The notes under the pieces: model-generated | Seen by the model: only the letters and a program-made list of their open reading frames with translations | Database searches by the model: none | What the model was told of the DNA's origin: nothing | In this document: one piece after another, positions 51,628 to 64,000 of the stretch | How positions within the stretch are numbered: the first letter of the stretch is position 1 | Layout of the letters: the number at the start of each line of letters is the position of its first letter | Made by a program: the position numbers and the translations under genes | Assembly: GCA_030141605.1 (NCBI GenBank) | Contig: JAQGDQ010000002.1 | Span: 3,044,942 to 3,108,941, forward strand | Reading direction: 5' to 3' | Length of the DNA stretch: 64,000 nt | Source of the DNA: Tubiluchus corallicola | Taxonomy: Eukaryota; Animalia; Priapulida

Positions 51628-52569
51628 AAGTTTGATATATAACTCCTGATAGTATACTCTATCTTTGCGAATTGGTCTGTTATCTCATATTGTCACTTGA
51701 CCGCTTCTGTCAGATTACCCACTTGACAGATTTCAAATTGTATTGTCAATTTTTGCGTTTTTGTTAATAAAAACAACAACAGCAACAACAACGACGACAA
51801 CAACAACAACAATAACAATAACAATGACAACGCCTTCCGTCGATTTCTGAATTAAGATGGGAGGAAAATTCATAAATTATAATATAAATTGGAAAAATGC
51901 GTACCTACTTCCTTTCAAATGTTGAAAAAGATCCTAAAATGCGCAATTATTAGTTTAGTGTTCTGCACATTATACTACCCACAAGAGATTTTCCGTTCAA
52001 AGTCAATAAGGTTGATCTGACACTTGTAATTTTTATAATTCAGAAACAGAAACCATATTACATATACTATGTGATTGTACAAAGTAAAGCTCACGAGGGA
52101 ACATTTCAAACAATGGTGGGTGCAAAATACAAGTAACGCATTAGAAATTAATAAGTTTCTTGTAATTTTTGGAAAGTTTCCGTATAAAAAATTCCTATGT
52201 TTAAATAAAGCCATTTTAGTAGTAAAATATTATATATGATGCACCCGAAGCAAATTACAAACACTGAATTTTAATCACGCAGTGGATTGTATTAAATGTA
52301 TGTATAAGGTGGAGAAATATGCAAGCGCCAACTTTGGGTTTATAGAAAAAGTTGAAGAAAGTGGTTACCTTTCAAATATATATTGGAATGATTTAACCGA
52401 ATAACCGAAATTGCCGGAGTGTAGTTACTGCATATTAGTGGTTACAATAAATTGCACTGATACAGTTAATTGATTGGTGCTTGTAATCTTTACTGTTGTT
52501 TTAAATGTGTTGTCTTATGTATTTGTAAACTATGTTTTGTATTAAATAAAACATTAAATATAAAACAAA

Positions 52570-52905
52570 ACAATAACAACGACAACGACAACGACAAAGA
52601 CAACGGCAATGGCAACAGCAACAGCAGCAAAAACAAAAACAACAATAACCCAATGACAACGACAATGACAGGGACAGCGACGGCGACAGCGTCAATGACA
52701 GCGATAGTGACAGAGGCAGTGGCAGCCACAATGACAGCAGCAGCAACAGCAACAATACTAACACTAGCAGCAGCAGCAGCAATATGCAATAACGACAATA
52801 GCAATAACAACAATAATAACGACGACGACGATGACGACGACGACAACGACGACGACGACGACAACAACAACAACAGCAACAGCAACGACAACAACAGCAG
52901 CAACG
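52570..52905. repeat. Degenerate trinucleotide (AAC/GAC/AGC) low-complexity tract
   Basis: Mixed AAC/GAC/CAG repeats; a shorter similar tract at 51773-51830. Confidence 0.9.
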
Positions 52906-54426
52906 GCATTCCAACAGCAGCATCCTTTCAACAAACTTTGACGTACCCACACCAAATATTAATGTACCCACACTCTGCGCTTTCAAGTGAGCCGCGAGAA
53001 GAGATCCAGTCAGGCTGAGTCATTAAATCTAAAATCACAAGTCACTTCTGTGCCATTGTGCTTTGCTGGTTTACTAGAGGCACAAACGGATGTCACAGAT
53101 CAGCATTCACGTAATTATTTACCCACGATTAATCACGGAATGAATAACTTTACAATCCAAATTTGATCTAACCTTGTTTTTGCGCAATGCTATTATACTA
53201 TTTGTAGTAATACTAGTGTCACACATAAACAGTGAATTCGTAACTATTTGTTTATAAATGGAAAACTTTTAGATTTAAAGAAACTATATATATTTAAAAG
53301 TAATTTTCGTGCTATAATATTTGTGGTAACTACTAGTAAGTTAGTAGTTAATAGGGAGAAGAATAGTATTATTAGCACCATGACCATCATCAAAACATTT
53401 TTTATACAGGGAAATGCAATCTTTTCAGCTGTTTCTGCGTGTCAGTAGGTGAAGCTAGCCGAACGATCCTGTTAATTTATACACATACCAGAACGTGTGA
53501 CTCTAATAATAATAGTCGTGATCTGGGTCATTTGATCTTCGGTGCAAAATGACAGGAAATAGGCCTCCATGTGTCTAATACACCATCATTACAGTTCTAA
53601 AATAGATAGAGCTTATCGAGGTTACTATATAAACTGCTTTTCCACCTGCGCGTAGAATTACAGGTGACAATGTTCTGCATATGTTCAGTATTTTGATATT
53701 CGGAATAACCCCATCATTTTATTTGTTCGTAACTCGACTGATTTGCAATGCAATCTCGCGATGCATCTCCAATTCTTGTATAAAAATTATTAATTTCTTA
53801 TTTACAATTTAAAAAAATCTAATTTGTTTAAGTGACTAAAAATTATTATAGTCAGACATCATAAAATCATGCTGAACGGGGCCTAATTAAGTTCTTAATT
53901 ACTGATATGTATGCGTTTCCGAGTAACTGCCGTGAATATTTAGTGTGGTCAAAATGAGTAGTTGTTTAGACTCGTAACAAATGAATTTATGCTAAAACAT
54001 GACTCAACAACAAATGCAAAAACCTTTAAGACACGGGAGCCTGAGAAAGTATGATAAATTCGTAAAGCTATATCATTTGTTATCATAATTTTATAAAAAT
54101 TACTAATAGTTTTAATGCATGTTTACGTATTTTTTAATGTTTCAACAAGATTTGTTTTCATGTTACGGGTTATGAGCATCAGTTTTAAAATAGTTGTTGG
54201 ACAAGTCTATCTATATCTGTGTGTGAATATATCGTAGCAAATAATGTTAAACGTTATTTAACAATACTTATTATTTAGTTATAATGGTAAATATTATAGC
54301 TAATGATAAAATAAAAAAATCCTACAGAAATTACGGTCGTGGTTACCAATTACCTAACACTGAATAGAATTAATTCACGTTTTACTTAGATATATTAGCA
54401 GACGCATTGGGCGCTAAATTGGAACA

Positions 54427-57133
<2,707 letters not shown>

Positions 57134-59776
57134 AGGAAATAAAGAGATGAAGTGATTCGAAATATAAGTTATATATGTTTGTGCTGTCTGAAGTTATTGG
57201 GTTTGTCATTACAACTTAATTAACTTTATGTACTATCGTAATTATCGTAAACATAAATAGAAAATCTTATTTTTGAAGTATACATTATGATATTAATGTA
57301 ACATAAGCATATCGCGTCTTCAGTGTTGAACCTGTTATAATACAGTATAGTACCTGCTAAGAAAGGACAGTGTTGTACAGGTTTGCTCGGTCAGCCCAGG
57401 TGACAACATTGCAAACCCAAAATAAATATTTTAATTTAAAAAGTAAAATAAGAAAAGGATTATTTTGTTTTCTTAAAATGCGCTGTAAACTTATGAATGG
57501 GATTCTGGCATACATAATGAGATTTATTAACTCAATAGCTAAAGTACAAAGTAATATATTATGCCGATACCAATTGCTTTATAGTGTATTCCTTACGTTT
57601 GCATAATTATTAGCTCATATTAGTATTAACCCGTATTAACTCATCTACCTCCATTTTTCATGATATAGAAACGCTGTATTAATTTATACACATATATGCT
57701 TATATGCGTTAAATGTATATATTTTATTAATTTATCTAAAGCAGTTGAAAAAAAACCACAATAAACACAATAAATAACTGAATTAAACCGATGTGTGATG
57801 TACCGTATTCCATTCTGTCTCGCTTACTTTTGTACTAAAATCAATTATTTTGAATCAGTATTGTACAACTAATCAACGAAATGGAATTGTACACACTATG
57901 CAGAATTTTACGATCGTTTAATGTTTGGCAATGCAAGGTAATAAACGCTTAATACAAATTGTTGACGAAGTAAAAAAGCCTCTCCTTCTCTCTCTGCTCC
58001 TCCTCTCCTCCATCTCTCTTCCCTCTCTCTTTCTTGATGTTTCTTCATTTCACATGTTTTCCTGTCTCTTATGAGATCGCAACAACCGCATTGCTTATCT
58101 TCCCTTTTTTATTCCCTGAGCTCTTCTCCTCATTTTCTTTATTTCCTTTAACCAAGTGGAGACCGGTTGAACTGCGTTTTATCGAAGTCGTGTTCAACTG
58201 CGTTTTATCGAAGACTACTACATGCAAGCTTAATAGCTTGCAGCCGACCGAGACTGTAATAAAGCAATTTATATTCATACTTACAAAGCTATAATATTAT
58301 TGTCGCACATTTGTGACGAAAAGTCATGAGTTGGGATTTAGTTGCGAGGAGAATAAAGACCTTTCACGGTGCAAATGCATGCATAGAATTTGTAAGATTT
58401 CTATATCGTTTACATCAACTATAGGAAAAGAAACCAAATGCTGCAAATGCAAACTCAAGTATCACACTTCGGATAAATTTGCTTGTTTGCGCGCAATGTA
58501 ACTGAAACTTTTCTATGCAACATTAAACTATTATGCTTAATGTCAATGCAATACTTCATGAATCCGACAAGGGTGTCACTGCAAGTACTTATTGTAACTT
58601 TGGTTAATATATTCAGCAAAAGTGAACCTCTCAGACGCGCTATTTACTTATTTATTTTTTAAGATTTATGTTAGTACGAGTGTACCATAAAACAAATGCG
58701 CTCATAAAACCATTGTGTCACAAAACAAATTGATGGTCATCCAACTGAAAAGTAAAAAATGGCTTGTTTTGTCTTAAAAGCATGAACTTTACACAGTGCT
58801 AGGGCTCGTCAAAGTAGCTAATTTTGGATACGCAGGCAATTGAAAATCCAAAACGGCTGTTGTTTTCAAGATGGTCAATAAGATGGCTACATTAAGCTTA
58901 CAAAGCCATATCTTAGCTTAATATAATAATTTTGGTGTGTTAATAAAGGTTTTTGAAGTGGAGGAATCCATAATTACGTGATATTTAAAAGATTTACCCA
59001 AGACATCTTTCACTGAAAAACTTCTGATGGCTGACATGATGGCCACAAACTGGCATGATTTTCGATTGTCATTATATTCAGAATTAATCACCTTGTTGGG
59101 TTTATCATGTGCAAAGTTTCATGTTTTAATGCAAAGCGAACGGGTTTGGCCACTATTCCTCTGGGTTAAACATGTTTCATGCTCCTCGTACTTGTGCTGC
59201 GGATGCTGAGTTTAAGGATGTTGAGATTATGGACTGAGGCTGCTAGTGCTAGTGGTTATATAGTTTGCTGAGTTTACGGGCGTTAAGTACGCACTGTGCA
59301 GGCACTGGGAAACGCCAACTTGCGTTTCGGCTTTAACCAATATTGGCAAATAATACTTTCCGAAGACCATTGTAACCGAATTTGTCGCCTTGAATTTTAT
59401 TGAGATAATCAATCTTATACAGTTTCTCGGTTTTCAGTGAATACTTATTTTTTGAAGTGACGTTTATTGTTAGTGGAATTGTCGGTTTCTATTATCCGTG
59501 AGTTGTTTGGATTTTGCAGATTACATTAAAACGCCTTCCAGTTTCGCAAAATAACACTTTTTAGTCAAGTTGCTGACAATGTCTCATTTCGTGCTTTCTT
59601 GTTTGTTATCATGCTTTTCGGCTGGTCTGTTCACACTGTAAACAACTGCTCGGACATTGTGAAAGAGTGGATCAGATGAATTCTTTTTTAAATTATTTTT
59701 ATCATCTCGTACAGAAATTGGTTGTTGTTGGCGCTTTAAATCTTTTTGTTTTTCTAACCCTCAGCATTATTAACTC

Positions 59777-60727
<951 letters not shown>

Positions 60728-61005
60728 GAGAATCTAGCTCGTCCAAAGACATACACAATCAGTGAAGAATTTGTAAGTTTATAGAAACATTTTAAGAGCA
60801 ATTTCTGAAAGCTGTTTGGTTTAAACAAGCGTACGTTGTTAAACCATGTTTGATTCTTCAAAAAGCGTTCAAAGGGAATTTATCACAATTCCTTAAAAAG
60901 CCACGTAACAGTTCTGCGCGAAGTTCTGCATGTGGACTACAAAATACTGGGCGACAAAATGATCGTCAGGTGTATGAGTCGAACCACAAAAAACGTATGT
61001 TAACT

Positions 61006-61222
61006 CTGGCGAACCATACCACTGGCGGACCGTACCCGAGGCGAACTGAAACACTTTTCTTAGAAAAGGCATAAGATAATAACATATAGCAAAGAAATTT
61101 TAATGGCGAACTGTACTAGTGGTGAATCGTACTAGTGGCGAACCGTAATACTGGCAAACCGTACTACTGGCGAACTGCACCAGCGGCGAACTGAACTAGT
61201 GGCAAACAGTTAAGTAGCGAAA
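61006..61222. repeat. Short-period degenerate tandem array (TGGCGAACCGTACTAG-like)
   Basis: Recurrent GGCGAAC/GTACTAGT subunits, probably the interior of a non-autonomous DNA element. Confidence 0.6.
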
Positions 61223-62849
61223 GGGAGGATGTGAATCTGATGTGAGCTGGTTACTAGGCTTGTACATGCAGCTGAATAAACGATTTTTAATATTTTAACA
61301 CACCACACCCCACACACCCTATCACCCCACCACACCATCCATAGCACAACACACAAAGCACACCACCACCACACCACATCAAATCCACCACCTCACGTGG
61401 TGATCATGATGTTGATGATGATGATGATGGTGGCAACGATGACGACACCTATAGCACAAGCACCAACAGCACAGCATTACAACAAAACCATTCCAAACAT
61501 TTTTCACAAAGTTGAAACTATGTGCTATAATATAATAAATAGCAAACGCCCCGCAAAAGATTTTGCGTATAAATACACGTGTAATCAATAATACGCGAAC
61601 ATCCTACCTAGTCCTCATGTATAACGCAAAGCCCGTAACATCATGCCTACTGTTTGTTTAACTAACGCAAACCCGTAGCAGGCAGCTTTTTGCTGAATTA
61701 AAGCTATAAGATTACAGACAGAATACAATGGATGACGTCACAACAATGGCATTGCGTCAGCAGCTTTCTAAGCGGAAATTGCCGAAAATGGAACTCCCAA
61801 TTAACTCGCCAATACTCCTCTCGGTGGACCTGCCCTAACATATAGCCCACACCATCGTGTAGCCCCGTTCTTTCTCTTTGTAAAGAGCTCCATATCTCCT
61901 TCCGAGAGTCCCACCGGGCGCCGCTAGAACGTTTTTCCCGCAGGCTGTTTGATCAAAATTTCGAAAAAATCGCGAGTTGGGTCCGTGAAAACGCCCGTTA
62001 CGGGACCCCGTGGCCCTCTTGGGAATTCTAAATAGGCCTATGACACCCACCGCTGAACGGGCTATCTATCCATACCCAGCACCCCCCTCGGCCCGTTCCC
62101 GTTCTCTACATCTCAGCCGTATAACTTTTGCAAAAAACGGCCAAAAAATGGCCATTTTTGGAGGTTTTTCGCCTCCCCTTCCTCGCGGTGGGCCCAATTC
62201 GACAAATAAACCATCAGTGGCACGACACTAGATGGAGACCTTTCGTTTGATATATAGATCGTCGCAAATGGTGCCCTCGTCCGGTCTGTAGCCTCGAATC
62301 TTATATATAAATAAATATATATATATATATACCAAGAATATTAATATAATAGTAGAAGTTAAGCACTTCTAATTGTTTGTTAATTATTATCATTTTTCGC
62401 AGTTACTATTTTGTTGTTTTTCGCACCAAATCAAAGCCGTACTGCGTTTCGGCTCATTATCCACAATATTATTAAAGTACAAATTATATAACTTTTGTAT
62501 GAGTTCTCAGCTTACAGTATATAGAGGCAAATAATGGCCAATACGTTCAAAACGATATTATTTGATTGAATATTAACCACTAAACGGTTAAAACTAAGTT
62601 TTATTTGACATATGCAATGTGTATATTATTGTTATGAAGGAAAGAAAAATAAAAAATATTGTTTGAATTTTAAATTTTAATAAATAAGGGAAAGTTGTTC
62701 AATGGCATGACACTAATATAAGAGATATTAATATTGAAAAGTCAGAAGAATTCTGTTTTAATACTAATAATAGTAATATAAATTGCAAATCAGAATTTTC
62801 TTTCGGATAAATTTTGTGGCCCTGAAAAGGGCCGGTTGGTTATATTTAA

Positions 62850-63072
62850 GGTTCTCGATGATTCATATGAAGTTCAATTGAAGAAATTGTACACGCAGTT
62901 GGATCCGCGTCATGTTCGGAAGCAGAAGTGGTTCTCGATGATTCATATGAAGTTCAATTTAAGAAATTGTACACGCAGTTGGATCCGCGTCATGTTCGGA
63001 AGCAGAAGTGGTTCTCGATGATTCATATGAAGTTCAATTGAAGAAATTGTACACGCAGTTGGATCCGCGTCG
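62850..63072. repeat. 80-bp tandem repeat, ~2.8 near-identical copies
   Basis: GTTCTCGATGATTCATATG... at 62851, 62931 and 63011; one substitution seen between copies. Confidence 0.95.
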
Positions 63073-63765
63073 TCTGTTGTTGTATGGGCGTTGTCTATAA
63101 CGTTGTCTGTTATGCCTGGGATGTATATGTTGTTGCTGTTGTGGTAATTGTTGCTGTTGTTGTAATAGTTGTTGCTGTTGTGGTAATTGTTGCTGTTGTT
63201 GTAATAGTTGTTGCTGTTGTTGTAATTGTTGTTGTTGCTGTTGTTGTATGCGTGAAATGCGTTCAAGTTGGGTTTGCACATGGGCCATGAATTGTTCAAG
63301 AATTTGTTGTTGGTGCTGTTGTTGATTTTCCTGTTCCTGTCCTTGTTCTTGTTCGTGTCGTTGTTCTTGTTCGTGTCTTTGTTCTTGTTCGTGTCTTTGT
63401 TCTTGTTCGTGTCTTTGTTCTTGTTCGTGTCCTTGTTCTTGTTCGTGTCCTTGTTCCTGTTCGTTTGGATTCAACTGCAATTTCTCCATTTTCTGTAACA
63501 TAGACATATTTTTGTTAAAAAAACAAAGATTTTTCAAACAATATGGAAAATTATTCTTCATTTCATTTTTTGCATAACATAACATGTATGAAACCAAACA
63601 TGTTATTCAGAAAACTTTAGACTTAAATAGTTCTAGATATTTTGATAATAAATGCTAATGTAAATTAATATAAGAGAAATTTATTACCTTGGAAATATTG
63701 CTTTTTCCTCCGAAGACAAGACAAAGAATGCCAAAAAATAGTACTAATGCCAGTGTAAAACGCAT
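63034..63765 (-). CDS. Secreted Gln/Glu-rich repetitive protein (orphan), 2 exons, ~178 aa
   Basis: Exon 1 63765-63688 MRFTLALVLFFGILCLVFGGKSNISK (signal peptide, donor AAG|GTAAT); acceptor TTACAG| at 63493; exon 2 63492-63034 in phase 0 with (EQEQ[GR]H)n, poly-Q and an Arg-rich tail. Confidence 0.72.
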
Positions 63766-63774
63766 CTTGAAGAA

Positions 63775-63807
63775 GTGCTGAAATTTTGGCGGCTACAGAT
63801 TTTTATA
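63775..63807 (-). promoter_or_regulatory. TATA box + initiator core promoter of the secreted Q-rich gene
   Basis: TATAAAAA at 63807-63800 and Inr-like TCAGCAC with its A at 63779, 28 nt downstream of the TATA start and 14 nt before the ATG. Confidence 0.7.
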
Positions 63808-64000
63808 GCTACCCAGGGATTAAGACGACTGAATTGTTACACGGACGTTAACGTACATGCTTAATTGTTCTCGTTACGCGGTCGTTACAGTACACGTCGC
63901 GTTTCAGATATTGAGCAGCGGAAATTTTTATAGTGTGTACTCCAACGCGAGTGTGAAATATGTCACTTTCAATCCGAATGTGTACTTTAACGGCAGTGTA

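Noticed and set aside
51282-51635. MYVC-repeat ORFs
   Set aside because: Translations of the (TATG)n microsatellite.
52470-53018. Asn/Asp/Ala-rich and poly-Cys/Leu ORFs
   Set aside because: Stop-free trinucleotide low-complexity tract open in several frames; no splice or promoter support seen.
62943-63299. Asn-rich alternative-frame ORF (NSNNYYN repeats)
   Set aside because: Shadow frame of the Q-rich exon; splice phase from the signal-peptide exon selects the Q-rich frame.

Overview
AT-rich, intron-containing metazoan (invertebrate-like) genomic DNA, not prokaryotic; most ORF-track entries are exon fragments or microsatellite artefacts. Hand-spliced gene models (GT-AG, phase-consistent): an RDH11/12-like SDR (+, 948-7564), an EGLN1/PHD2-type HIF prolyl hydroxylase with MYND finger (+, 9344-~19675), an LRRC73-like gene (+, 26237-28733), selenoprotein N (-, 39444-30557), a type-I membrane Kelch protein (+, 45060-47090), a RING/TRAF-zinc-finger E3 ligase with an unrecognised C-terminal domain (+, 49991-50965), a possible small orphan gene (+, 54427-57133) and a TATA-driven two-exon secreted Gln/Glu-rich orphan gene (-, 63765-63034). 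The SELENON locus carries a full Sec recoding set visible in sequence: in-frame TGA in SCUG, an SRE hairpin 6 nt downstream, and a SECIS candidate in the 3' UTR. Introns and intergenic DNA hold a Gypsy LTR-PBS-gag fragment, several hAT MITEs with 8-bp TSDs (two as an inverted ~1 kb pair), decayed Tc1/mariner and Harbinger elements, a CR1/L2 LINE 3' fragment, microsatellites and compound tandem repeats. All homology calls are from recalled motifs; no searches were run.
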